Below are positions 36,908 to 49,903 of a DNA stretch of 64,000 nt, one piece after another. Positions within the stretch are counted from its first letter, which is position 1. Every line of letters starts with the position of its first letter. This DNA comes from Hypanus sabinus (taxonomy: Eukaryota), in the NCBI RefSeq assembly GCF_030144855.1, contig NC_082711.1, positions 109,182,001 to 109,246,000 on the forward strand, given 5' to 3'. The notes under the pieces were generated by a model. That model was not told the DNA's origin, made no database searches, and saw only the letters and a program-made list of their open reading frames with translations. The position numbers and the translations under genes were made by a program.

Positions 36908-38860
36908 CGATATCAAGGGAATTACTATTAAAGGGACAAAGCATAAATTGGCTTGTTATGTGGATGACATTTTGATCTATCTAGGGCAACCAACGTACTC
37001 TTTACCTAATTTGATGTAATCCTTTGAACAATATGGTCAATTATCAGGATACAAGATCAACATAGATAAAACCCAACTACTTTCATATTACTATAGCCCA
37101 CCAAGAGAAATTGAAAGTCGATACCCCTGGGCATGGCACACAGAGTCTTTCAAATATTTGGGCATCATTATGCCAAAAGATTTGGCAGAATTATCAGAAT
37201 GTAATTATCAGCCTTTATATAAAAAATTAAGGAAGATATGGCAAGATGGAACCTGATTCCTTTTTTCAGTCTCAGTTCAAGGATTGAATCTATTAAAATG
37301 AATATACTGCCCAGATTGCTATATCTCTTTCAGACCCTACCAATAGAGATTAATCAAAATCAATTCAATGAATGGAACAGATGTTATCAAGGTATATTTG
37401 GCAGGGTAAAAGGCCTAGAGTTTGTCTCAAAGTTTGTCTTTTCCTTTGCAATTAGCAAAGGAAAAGGGGGGATGGGGCCTGCCTTCTCTTAGAGATTATT
37501 ATTTTGCAGCACAGTTGAGAGCTGTGATATGTTGGTGCAACCCATCATATGATGCTCAATGGTAAAACATTGAGGAGCGGGTACTTCCCATCCCCTACAG
37601 GCAATTTTGGCTGATAACAACTTGCAAAGGTAGACAAATACTATTGATAACCCATGGGTGAAATTGACTCTTAAAATATGGAAAACTACTATAAAAGAAT
37701 ATAATCTAGAGGGGGATATTGCAATTCTTAAATGGTGTGCAAATGACTTGGATTTTACACCAAATAAATTGGATGCTAGATTTAAGGACTGGACAGCTAA
37801 AGGAATAACAGTTCTTTGCAACATAATTAAAGAAGGAACACTGTTCAGTTTTGAAATGCTTAAAGAGAAACACTTATTAGAAAAATAAGACTTTTATCGT
37901 TATTTACAGATGTAACAATATGTTAATAAGATGCTTAAAAATGTAACCAAGGCAAGTACATGCTTGATAGAGCTATTTAGAAAAGCATATAATTCAGATA
38001 ACGGTAGTAGAATCATTTCAAGCATGTATAAGGGGTTGTCAAATCTTAGAACACATTCGACTTCTTACATTAAGACAAAATGGGAGAAGGAAGGAGGGAT
38101 AATTATATCTGAGGAAGAATGGACACCAATATGGAGGTATCAATGGAAGTGTACCAGTTCACAGAAATGGAGGGAGTTTGGATGGAAAAACTTGATAAGA
38201 TATTTTATTACACCCTCTCAGAAATCCCATTATGATAGTAACCTCCCTGTTTGCTGGAGAAATTGTGGAAATCAAAATGCAAATCATTATCATATTTTTG
38301 GGATGGCCCTGTTATCAAAAACTATTGGAGGAGGATACGCAATGCCCTACAAGACATCTTTCAATGTGAAATACCCTTAGAGAGTAAGACCATATATTTT
38401 GGATATATACCTCAAGAATGGTTGAAAAGAGATAAATATTTAATGAATATACTGTTGGTGGCTGGTAGTTACTAGGAAATGGTTATCACAGGAGAGCCCA
38501 ACTTTAAATACATGGATGGAAATTATAATGGACATTTACAAAATGGAGAAGGTAACAGCATCTGTTAATCATAAGCTGGAACAATTTGAATCATACTGGG
38601 AAAAATGGTTTAACTACATAATGCCTCATAGGCCTGATTTTATTCTCACAAATCAATGAATATGTTGTAAAAAAAAAGATCACTCCCTACTTGTACATAG
38701 TTCTTTCCTTTTGCTTGTTTTTTCTTTCCGCTCTTTTCTATAAGTGTATACCTCAGATAAATAGTTTGTGGAGATTTGTGATATACAATGTCTGAAATAC
38801 ATCTTATGGAAGTGATTGTTTGATGATGAACTTCAATAAAAAAATAAATTACAAAAAAAA
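36908..38860 (+). mobile_element. 5'-truncated L1-clade LINE, second family
   Basis: KHKLACYVDDILIYL (YADD variant), LSGYKINIDKT, RIESIKMNILPRLLYLFQTLP, CWRNCGNQNANHYH knuckle; AATAAA and poly(A) tail at 38835-38860. Confidence 0.88.
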
Positions 38861-41444
38861 AGAAATTCCAAGGGTGAAAAAATATTATGGGAATCATATA
38901 TAGGCCTCCAAATCTGGGGTTAAAATTGCAATGGGATCTGACCTGATCTGATCTTGTATTTAGGGGAAAGATACAATTGTAATGGGGGACTTCAATATCC
39001 AAGGGGATTGGGAAAATCAGGTTGGTATCAGATTGCAAAAGAGGGAATTTGTTGAATGCCTACAGGGTGGCATTTTAGAGCAGCTTGTGTTGAGCCTACT
39101 CGGGGAAAGGCTATCTTAGATTGGGTGTTGTGTAATAACCCAGATCTTATTAGGCAGCTTAATGTAAAGGAACCTTTAGGAGGCAGTGATCATAATGTGA
39201 TTGAATTCATACTGCAATTTGAGAGGGAGAAGCATAACTCACGTGTATCAGTATCACAATGGAAGAAAAGAAATTATAGAGGCATGAGAGAGGAGCTTGC
39301 CCAGTGGATTGGAGGAGGATACTGGCAGGAATGATGGCAGAGCAGAGATGGCTGAAGCTTCTGGAAATAGTTCACAAGGTGCAGGACAGACGTGTCCAAC
39401 AGAAGAAGTTGTTATCAAATGGCAGGGGTAGGCAACCGTGACTGACAATGGAAGTTAAGGACTGCATAAAAGCCAAGAAAAGGGCATATAAAGTAGCAAC
39501 GGTGAGTGGGAAATTGTATGGTTGGGAAGCTTTTGAAGCTATTCAACAAAAGGCAACTAAAAAAAATATAAGAAGGGAAAAGATGAAATATGAGGACAGA
39601 GTAGGCAATAATATAAAGCAGGATACCAAAAGTTTTTTTCAGTTATATAAAGAGTAAAAGGGAGGTGAAGGTTGATATTGACCACTGGAAAATGATGCTG
39701 GTGAAGTAGTAATCGGGGACAAAGAAATGGCAGGTGAACTTAATGGGTACTTTGCACAAGTCTTCACTGTGGAAGACACTAGCAGTGTGTCAGAGGTCCA
39801 TGAGTGTTAGGGAGCAGGAGTGAGTGCCATTGTTATTACAAAGGAAAAGGTGCAAGGCAAATTCAGAGGTCTTAAGGTGAATAAGTCACCTGGGCCACTA
39901 CACCCCAGAGTCCTGAGAGAGCTTGCTGAAGAGATAACAGATGCATTGGTCGTGAACTTTCAAGAATCACTTGATCTTGACATGATTCCGGAGGGCTGGA
40001 AAATTGCAAATATCACTCCACTCTTTAAGAAGGGAGGAAGGCAAAGGAAAGGAAATTATAGGCCAGTTAGCCTAACCCCAGTGATTGGGAAAGTGTTGAA
40101 GTCTATTATTAAGGATGAGGTTTCAGGGTACCGGGAGACTAATGATAAAATAGTCAAAGTCTGCATGGTTCTTGTAAAGGGAAATCTTGCCTGTCAAATC
40201 TGTTCGAGTTTTCGAGGAAGTAACAAGCAGGGTGGACAAAGGAGAGGCAGTGATGTCATTTACTTGGAGTTTCAGAAGGCATTTGATAAGGTAGCTGCTT
40301 AACAAGATAAAATCCTATGATGTTACAGGAGAGATACTGGCATGGATAGAGGAATGGCTGAGAGACAGGAAGCAGCAAGTGAGAATAAAGGGGTTCTATT
40401 CTGGTTGGCAGCTGGTGACTAGTGGTGTTCCTCAGTGGTCATTAATGGGACCACTGCTTTTTGCATTGTTTGTCAATGATTTAGATACTGGAATTGATGG
40501 CTTTGTGGCAAATTTTGCACATGATACGAAGATAGGTGGAGGGGTAGGTAGTGCTGAGGAAGCAATGCGATTACAGCAGGACTCGGACAAATTGGAAGCC
40601 TGGGAAAAAAGTGGCTGATGGAATACAATGTTGGGAAATGTATGATAATGCATTTTGGTAAAAGGAACAATAGTGCAGACTATTATCTAAATGGGGAGAA
40701 GGTTCAAATATCAGAGATGCAGAGGAAATTAAGAGTTCTCGTGCAAGATTCTCAGAGGGTTAATTTCCAGGTTGAGTCTATGGTAAAGAAGGCAAATCCA
40801 ATGTTGGCATTTATTTCAAGGGAAATAGAATATAAAAGCAAGGAGATAATGTTGAGCCTTTAAAAGACACTAGTCAGGCCACACTTGGACTATTGTCAAC
40901 AGTTTTGCACTCTATATCTCAGAAGGGATGTTTTGTCATTGGAGAGTCCAGGGGAGGTTCACGAGGATGATTCCATGAATGAAGGGGTTAACATAAGAGG
41001 ATTGTTTGGCAGCTTTGGGCCTGTACTCACTGGAATTTAGAGGAATGCATGGGAATCTCATTGAAACCTACAGACTGTTGAAAGGACTAGGTAGGGTGGA
41101 TGTGGAGAGGATACTTCCTATGGTGAGGGTATCCGGAACTAGAGGGTACACCTTCAAAACTGAGGGTCGTCCCTTAGAACAGAGGCAAGGAGGAACTTAT
41201 CTTTTAGCCAGAGAGTAGTAAATATGTGGAATGCTCTGCCACAGATTGCAGTGGAGGCCAAGTCTATGGGTATATATAAGGCAGAAGTTGATTGTTTCCT
41301 AATTGGTCAGGGCATTAAAGGATATGGCGAGAAGACAGGTGTATGGGATTGAGTGGGATCTGGGATCAGTTATGATGGAATGGTGGAGTAGACTTGATGG
41401 ACCAAATGGCCTAATTCTGTTCCTATGTCTTATGGCCTTATGGT

Positions 41445-42863
41445 CAAAAATGTGATCAGATCTTCACATAAGTCCTAGAACTAGATAGAAAACCCAATTA
41501 AATAAATATCACAAAATATTATTCTTGGTCATTTATTTATTGAGAAAAATGATCCAATATTATATGTATTTGTTGGAAAAAGTATGTGAACCTCTGGGGT
41601 AATGCCCTCTACAAAAACTATTTGGAGTCAGGTGGTCCAATCAATGAGATGAGATCGGAGGTGTGGGTTGTAGAGGTGCCCTGCCCTATAAAAAAGACAC
41701 ACAAAGTCAGGTTGCTGACAGAGCCCGCTGTTCACAAGAAAGATCTGTTTATGTGCATCATGCCTTAATCAAAACAACTTTCAGAGGACCTTGGAAGAAG
41801 AATTGTAGAGACGCATGAAGCTTGAAAAGGCTACAAAGGCATTTCTAAAGACCTGAGTATCGATCAGTCTGTAGTAAGAGAAATTGTCTACAAATGGAGG
41901 AAACAGTACTGTTGCTACTCTCCCTAGGAGTGGGCGTCACTGTGAAGATCACACTAAGGGCACAATGTGCAGTGCTGAAGGAAGTGAAAAATAACTCAAG
42001 GGTAACAGCAAAAGACCTGCAAACATTTCTAGAACTTGCTAAAGTCTCCGTTCATGTGCTCACTGTAAGAAAAACACTGAACAAGAGTGGTGCTCATGGG
42101 AGGACACCACAAAGGATACCACTGCTCTCCAAAAACTAAACATTTTTGCACATCTCAAGTTTGCAAAAGACCACTTTGGTGTTCTAAAATGTTTCTGGGA
42201 CAATGTTCTGTGGACAGATGAGCCAAAAGTTGACTTTTTGGCAGAAGCACACAATGTTTGAAGGAAAGGGCACTGCACACCAACACCAAAACCTCATCCC
42301 ACCTGTGAAGCATGTGGTTTTGGGCTGCTTTGCTGCCTCAGGGCCTGGAGAACTTGCAGCCACTGAGGGAACAATGAATTCAAAATTGTATCAAGACATT
42401 TTTACAGGAGAATGTCAGGGTAGTGGTCCATCACCTGAAGCTTAATAGAAGTGGATCTGAAAGACAAGAGTAAATCAACAACAGAATGTTAAAAAGAAGA
42501 AAATTTATGTTTTGGAATGGCTGAATCAGTAACCTGACCTTGTCTCTTTTTTTTATAGGGCAGGGCATCTCTACAACCTGCACCTCCAATGTCATCTCAT
42601 TGATTGGAACACCTGACTCCAAACAGCTTTTGTAGATGGCATTACCCCAGAGATCACATACTTTTTCCAACAAATACATGTAATATTGGGATTATTTTTC
42701 TGAATAAATAAATGAATGGGTGTAATGTTTTGGTGTTATTTATTTAATTGAGTTCGCTCTATTTAGTTTTAGGACTTAAGCTAAGATCTGATCATATTTT
42801 GGGTCATATTTATGCAGAAATAGAGAAAATTCTGCATGATTCACTAACCTTCAAGCACCACTG
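41445..42863 (+). mobile_element. Tc1/mariner transposon, deleted, with long ITRs
   Basis: 41445-41712 is an inverted repeat of about 42535-42806. Right end ...AAGCACCACTG followed by TA (42864-65). Decayed transposase: MP*SKQLSEDL.RRIV...GYK.ISK.L...; WDNVLWTDE; ends at PDL before the catalytic Glu. Confidence 0.9.
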
Positions 42864-43742
42864 TAGTTTTGTGGAAGTAGAGAGGCTGCATAAGGACTTA
42901 GACAGATTAGAAGACTGGGCAAAGAAATAGAAAATGGAATACTGTCAGGAAGTGTATGGTCATGCACTTTGGTAAAAGAAGTTAAAGGGTTGACTACTTT
43001 CTGAATGGAGAGAAAATACAAAAAACTGAGGTACAAAGGGACTTGGGTGGCCTTGTGCGGATTGCCTCAGGTCAACTTGCAGGTCGAGTCTATGGTGAGG
43101 AAGGAAAATGCAATGTTAGCATTCACTTCAAGAGGACTAGAATATAAAAACAAGGATGCAATATTGACACTTTATAAGGCACTGGTGAGGCCTTATTTTC
43201 AGTATTGAGCAGTTTTGTGCCCTTTATCTTAGAAAGGGTGTGCTGAAACTGGAGAGGGTTCAAAGGAGGTTCATGAAAATCATTCCAGGATTCACTAGCT
43301 TGTCATGTGAAGAGTGTTTGTTGGTTCTGGGCCTCTATTCACTAGAATTCTGAAGAATGAGGGGTGACCTCATTGAAACCTGTCAAATGGTGAAAGGTCC
43401 TGATAGAGTAGATATGGAAAGAATATTTCCTATGGTGGGAGAGTCTAAGACCAGAGGACACAGCCTCCGAATAGAGGGGTGCCCTTTTAGAATGGGGATG
43501 AGGAGGAACTTCTTTAGCCAGAGAGTGGTGAAATTCTTTGTGACAGGCAACTGTGGAGGTCAAGTCTTTATGTATATTTAAGGCAGAGTTTGATAGATTC
43601 TTGATTGGTCAGGGCATGAAGGGATACATGAAAGCTGGAGTTTGGGGCTGAGAGGAAAATTGGATCAGCTATGATGGAATGGGGGAGCAGACTCAATGGG
43701 CCAAATGGCCTAATTCTGCTCCTATATTCTATGATCTTGTGG
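42864..43742 (+). mobile_element. CR1-A, second part
   Basis: VERLHKDLDRLEDWAK...QVESMVRKENAMLAF...MRGDLIET...FFSQRVVK; tail ggcctaattctgctcct. Confidence 0.85.
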
Positions 43743-44509
43743 TCTATACTTAAGCTCATGCGAAGTTTTTTAAAGACTGAGCACACTGTAATTTATGTGG
43801 GCAGCACGATCTCTAATTATCTACCCTTTTCTTTTTCCAATATTTTTATTAGTTTCTACATAGAAGAATACAGAGTACAAAAAAGTGTATATAAAAGGTC
43901 AAAAAAGATTTTAAAAACTACCAATTACATTATATCTGTTCATAATAACAATCTCATTACCCTGTATTCATAAAAGTTAATCAATAGTTATATCTACCCT
44001 TTTAAAGCAATGCCCTGTACAGTATATACTGTCCCTTTGCACCAACATTTCCAAAATTCATCTCTTCACATCACCAAACCCTGTTGCCATGCTCCGACCA
44101 CCTCATCAATGTCATTCCGAAATTCATAACTATTCACTCAGTCACTTACTGAGAAATGTTATATTAAACTTAAATAATAGATATCTCAGTAGTCAGGTAT
44201 AAAATTGAAAATGAGTAATGGACCCTAACTAATCTTTATGGACTATTGTCACAAATCAAATCTCAGTCTAAAAAATATTTATCAAAATTTCTCTCTGCAT
44301 TTTTAAAACTCATTTTCTAATTCAGGTGTCACTGACAAATTCAGTGTCTACTGCCTGTCCCAATTGGCCTTGAAATAAATGGCTTACTGGGCATATGAGT
44401 TTTTTGAGTCAACCACATAGGTACAGGACATTAGTGAACTGGATGGGTCTTTACAAAGTCCAGTAGGGCTTTATTTTGTGGTCGTCATTACTAAAATCTA
44501 TTTATTGTT

Positions 44510-45335
44510 GCAAAGGACCCAGGAACTGATTGTAGTCTTGAGAAGAGGACAAGCCAGTCCTCATTGGAGGATCAGAAGTGGAGAGTGTCAGCAGTTTTAA
44601 ATTCCTGGGTGTTACTATTTCAGAGGATCTCTCCTGGGCCCAGTATGTAAGGGCAATTATGAAGAGAGCATTACAGAACCTCTATTTCCTTCAGAGTCTG
44701 TCATGACATTCGACATGACATCTAAAACTTCCACAAACTTTTATAAATGTGCAGTGGAGAGTGTATTGACTGACTACATCACAGCCTGGTATGGAAACAC
44801 CAATGTCTTTGAACAGAAAATCCTACAAGAAGTCATAGATTCAGCCCAGTACATCATGGGAAAAGCTCTCCCAGCTATTGAGCACATCTACATGAAAAGC
44901 TGTTGTAGGAAACTAGCATCCATCATCAAAGATCCTCACCACCCAGGTCAAGCTCTTTTTTCACTGCTGTCATCAGGTAGAAGGTACAAGAGCCCCAGGA
45001 CTCACACCACCATGTTTAAGAACACTTACTACTGCACAACCACCAGGCTCTTGAAAAAAAGAGATAACTACACTCACTTGTTCATACATTAAGATGTTCC
45101 CACAACCAGTGATCTCACTTTAAGTTCTCTTTATCTTGTTATCTCATGTTCTTGTTGTTTATTGCTATTTATTTATATTTGCTTTTGCAGTTTGTTGTCT
45201 TCTGTACTTTAGTTGATCTTTCATTGATCCTGTTATAGTTACTATTCTATAGATTAGTTGAGAATGCCCACAGGAAAACAAATATGGTGACATATATTTA
45301 CTTGGATAATAAAATATAATTCAAACTTTAAATTA
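44510..45335 (+). mobile_element. Rex/Babar-like LINE 3' fragment
   Basis: VSSFKFLGVTISEDLSW; ORF 44703-45092 NFYKCAVESVLTDYITAWYG...KDPHHPG...SGRRYKS. Confidence 0.8.
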
Positions 45336-45457
45336 GGAAATTCAAGAGTATTAACTGAAGTAAATCCACAGCCTACCATGATAGTTAATCCAAGCCTCTG
45401 GATTACCTGGCCAGTATTAACTGTTTTGCCTCTACATTTGTTTTTGACCTTCTAGAC

Positions 45458-45536
45458 CAAGGGCTCCCCACCTGGGGTCCACAGACCCCTCCGTTAATGG
45501 TAAGATTCCATGGCATAAGAAGGTTGAGACCCCCTG
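45458..45536. mobile_element. hAT/Charlie-type MITE, inverted sibling of 23414-23493
   Basis: CAAGGGCTCCC...GAGACCCCCTG; TSD ttctagac / atctagac (7/8), fitting the NTCTAGAN target preference. Confidence 0.82.
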
Positions 45537-46079
45537 ATCTAGACCAAATCTAAATCCATTCTGTCACCTGTCCCTTGATTCTGCAGTCTCCTTCAGCCTC
45601 CTGTGGGACATTTTATCAAGTACTTTCAAATAGTAATAAGCAGCAACCTCACTATCTTCGAACTGCTTGTCAAGGAACTCAGTCAACTTAATTGAAAAGA
45701 TTTGTCTTTAACATAAACAAGATGACTTTCTGGAGATGCTGCCTGTTTCCATATGGAACGAGTAAGGTGCGCTTGGTTCGTTGTTTCTGTCCAGCAATAC
45801 TGCCATTCACAGTTTATGCTGGAAATGGGGTGAGTGATGAATGACAGTGAAAAGGATTGAAATAACAATCTTATAACCTGCATGGACATCACACTCTGGA
45901 CTGGCTGTAGGTCTAAATCTGAAAAGATAATGGTCACTGAGCTGTGATTTTTTTTGTGTGTGAGATCTCTCTCAACAAAGTATGTTCATTCTTATTTAAA
46001 AAAAGACTGAACCCACTAATACATCTGAAGATTATTCTTTCTGGAATATTATCCCTGGTTTATTTCATTAAGCCTCTAT

Positions 46080-47495
46080 AAATAGAGGTTCTAAAAGTAA
46101 TCCAGGAAATTATAGGTCAGTAAGTTTGACATCAGTAGTAGGTAAATTATTGGAAGGAATACTAAGAGATAGGATCTACAAGTATTTGAATAGACAGGGA
46201 CTTATTAGGGAGAGTCAATATGGCTTTGTGCGTGGTAGGTCATGTTTAACCAATCTATTAGAGTTTTTCGAGGAGGTTACCAGGAAAGTGGATGAAGGGA
46301 AGGCAGTGGATGTTGTCTACATGGATGTCAGTAAGGCCTTTGACAAGGTCCTGCATGGGAGGTTAGTTAGGAAGATTCAGTCGCTAGGTATACATGGTGA
46401 GGTAGTAAATTGGATTAGATATTGGCTCAATGGGAGAAGTCAGACAGTGGTAGTGGAGGTTTGCTTCTCTGAGTGGAGGCCTGTGACTAGTGGTGTGCCA
46501 CAGTGATCAGTGCTGGGTCCATTGTTATTTGTCACTGTATCAATGATCTGGATGATAATGTGGTAAATTGGATCAGCAAATTTGCTGATGATACAAAGGT
46601 TGGAGGTGTAGTGGACAGTGAGGAAGGTTTTCAAAGCTTGCAGAGGGATTTGGACCTGCTGGAAAAATGGGCTGAAAAATGGCAGATGGAGTTTAATACA
46701 GACAAGTGTGAGGTATTACGCTTTGGAAGAACAAACCAAAGTAGAACATACAAGGTAAATGGTAGAACACTGAGGAGTGCAGTAGAATAGAGAGATCTGG
46801 GAATACAGATACAAAATTCCCTAAAAGTGGCATCACAGGTAGATAGGGCTATAAAGAGAGCCTTTTGTACATTGTCCTTTATAAATCAAAGTATTGAGTA
46901 TAAGAGTTGGAATGTTATGGCGAGGTTGGCTAAGACATTGGTGAGGCCAAATTTGGAGTATTGTGTGCAGTTTTGGTCACCAAATTACAGGAAGGATATT
47001 AATAAGGTTGAAAGAGTGCGGAAAAGGTTTACAAGGATGTTGCCAGAACTTGAGAAACTGAGTTACAGAGAAAGGTTGAATAGGTTAAGACATTATTCCC
47101 TGGAGTGTAGAAGAATGAGGGGAGATTTGATAGAGGTATATAAAATTATGATGGGTATCAATAGAGTGAATGCAAGCAGGCTTTTTCCACTAAGTCTAGA
47201 GGAGGAAAAAACCAGAGGTCATGGGTTAAGGGTGAAGGGGGAAATGTTTAAAGGGAACATGGGGGGGGGGCTTCTTCACACAGAGAGTGGTGGGAGTGTG
47301 GAATGAGCTGCCAGATGAAATGGTAAATGTGGGCTCACTTTTAACATTTAAGAAAAACTTGGACAGTACATGGATGAGAGGGGTATGGAGGGATATGGGA
47401 CAGGCGCAGGTCCTTGAAACTAGGCAGAAAAATGGTTCGGTACAGCCAAGAAGGGCCAAAAGGCCTGTTTCTGTGCTGTAATGTTCTATGGTTTT
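46080..47495 (+). mobile_element. CR1 LINE, 5'-truncated, young subfamily
   Basis: ORFs 46126-46506, 46503-46790, 46827-47306 (GRSCLTNLLEFFEEVT, DVSKAFDKV, KFADDTK); near-identical to 14268-15330 over about 1 kb. Confidence 0.93.
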
Positions 47496-47524
47496 ACTAA
47501 TAATAAGACCCACATAACATATAT

Positions 47525-47870
47525 GTTCCCATGATTCAGGACATCTACAAAGACAAGTGTGTAAAAAGGGTCTGTATGATCATTGGGGACTTGAGTTACC
47601 CCAACCACAATCTATTCCAGCTGCTACCATCCAGAAAACGGTACCGCAGCATAATACCCAGGACCAACAGGCTCCGGGACAGTTTCTTCCACCAGGCCAT
47701 CAGACTGATTAACTCAAGCTGACATGAGTGTATTTCTATGTTCCATTGACTGCTCAATTTATTATAAATGACTATGATTGCACAGCGCACATTTAGACGG
47801 AGATATAACTAAAGGTTTTTTCTCCATGTGTATGTGCAGGATGTAAGAAATTAAGTCAATTCAATTAAAT
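47525..47870 (+). mobile_element. Rex/Babar-like LINE 3' end
   Basis: HNLFQLLPSRKRYRSIIPRTNRLRDSFFHQAIRLINS; tail aagtcaattcaatt. Confidence 0.7.
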
Positions 47871-49426
47871 TCACTAACATGAGCAACCAGTCTTCTTAAC
47901 TCATTAGATAACCAAAATTTCCATAATGTTCATTAAATTTCCTGCCTTATTATAAACTCATGGGAACAATACTTCAACTATAATTAGTTACATTGAATGC
48001 ATTTTAATAATTCCAGAACGTTCTGAAATTTCATAGACCACTTAGCGCCCTCCCCATACCCCTAGCAACTGAATCTATGCATCCTTGTTTTTCTACAAAC
48101 CTTGTTGCTATCCCTGTGGGAGTAAGATAAGGGAGACATTAATCCTGATAAATAACAGGAATGATTGTTAATTAAAAGAGAAAATTTCAAAAAGCGCAGA
48201 GCATGTTAGGCAGCCTTTGTGGAGAGAGAAATAAAGTTAAAATTTGATGAACCCTTTGTCAAAGCTTGAAAAAGTTTAAAATGGTTTAAATAGGAGGGGC
48301 GGAGGGAACAAAGAGAACATTTGTGAGAAGGCAGCGACTGAAGGCACAGTTGGTTTTGCTGCAGGCTGAGGGGTTGGTAAAGGTTTGCTGATGTAGTTTA
48401 TGTTTAATGTAAATAGGAGATGAATGATTTACAGAGGAAGGGAAAAAACACATTGCTGAAACTGAGGTACAAAAGGCTTTTCCTTTCAAATTTCCACCAT
48501 CTTCATGTGTTTTACTTTAGAAATAAGTCAAAAACTGGCCTATTTAGTAGATGAAGAGTCTTGCTCAAAATCTGCAAGTCAGTGAAAGGGTTGAAGACTG
48601 TATTGTTGATTTTCTAGATTTATTAAGTTTGCAAAAAAAGCTGAGATGAACCTTTGCTCTTGGTACATACATTTATATCTAATTAAACATGTATTGGATT
48701 CCACAACAGAGAGCCTTTTCATCTTTATGTATTTATAATCACACTTATCATAAATACCTTGAAGATCTTAAGACAGGATTTATTATTTTGTGGAAAATAT
48801 ATAATATGCACTATCTATCTATCTATATATATATACTCAAATATACTCATATTTGTATATGCTTTGCACAAATGCAACACTACATATTTATTTATTTGAT
48901 ATGTTCTATGAAGGTAATTTTTCCTGAATATGTGTCTTGCCTTGAATCTCTAATTGGCAACATCAATGAGAACACTGCAGATGTGATGTCCATCACGGAC
49001 TGTTAAATTATTAGGCAGCCTCTCCAAAATTTCCTTATAAGAGCTTCTGGCAGGCAAAGCTGTGCGCTGGCTGTGCATAGTCAATAAACCAACCTTTGCC
49101 TACTGAGACAAGAAATAACAACGTCCAGAGTTTGAAACATAGACATCTGAAGATACAGTATTTTGAGGCTGCTGTCGTTAGTGAATGAATGTATTAAGTT
49201 GTTCTAATTCCATTACTATCTGTGCTGAAGTTGAAGACAAATTGGACTGTCCACTAACTGGGCCACTAAATACAGTGACTGCAATGTTTTTAATATGAGC
49301 TTGTCATGTATCACTCTGTGAAATAGGTTCTGCTTTCTGCTGATGACTGATTAACTTTCCCTGTAGCTTCTTCATCTTCAATCAGGTTTTGTTCTTGTAA
49401 TGAGTGCTGTTGAACATCGATGGAAT

Positions 49427-49762
49427 GGCACAGTGGCACAACTGGTAAAATTGCTTGCTGAATTACAGCTCCCCAGTGGCCCAGGTTCAGTGCTGACTTC
49501 GGGTGCTGTATAGATGGAGCCTACAAGTTCTCCTTGTGGCGATGGGTTTCCGGAGAGTTCTTCGATTTCCTCCCACTGCTCGAAGACATGCATGTTGGTA
49601 TACTAATTGACCTCTGTAGATTGCCCCCGGCATGTTGATGAGTGAGCAGATCTGAGGGGAGTTGTCAGGAACGTGGAGAGGATGGAATGGGATTAGTGCG
49701 TGATGATTAGTGCAGACTCTGTGGAAGGTAGGGACCCTTGTTGCCCTGTGTGAATCTATGAC
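49427..49762 (+). mobile_element. tRNA-derived V-SINE-like SINE
   Basis: ggcacagtggcacaactggt box-A-like head, ggttcagtgc box-B-like, then gggtttccggagagttcttcgatttcctcccac core. Confidence 0.7.
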
Positions 49763-49903
49763 TGATAAATATTGAATTAATCCCTTTATCAGCATGGTGA
49801 AATTAGATAGTCGACCTTTAGAGACATTTTTGTCAAATTCATATCTACGTTTTCCTTCCTCACTAACATGCCACTACTTTGTGGAAAGCAGTTTGACACT
49901 CAC

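Larger units (their letters stand above)
36218..41444 (+). mobile_element. CR1-B, near-complete ORF2, interrupted by a SINE and an L1
   Basis: Endonuclease LKVLYLNARS...YDIVGITD...; resumes at 38861 (RNSKG...YRPP, MGDFN, PTRGKAILDWVL, SDHN); RT at 39.8-41.3 kb; tail tcttatggccttatggt. Confidence 0.85.
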
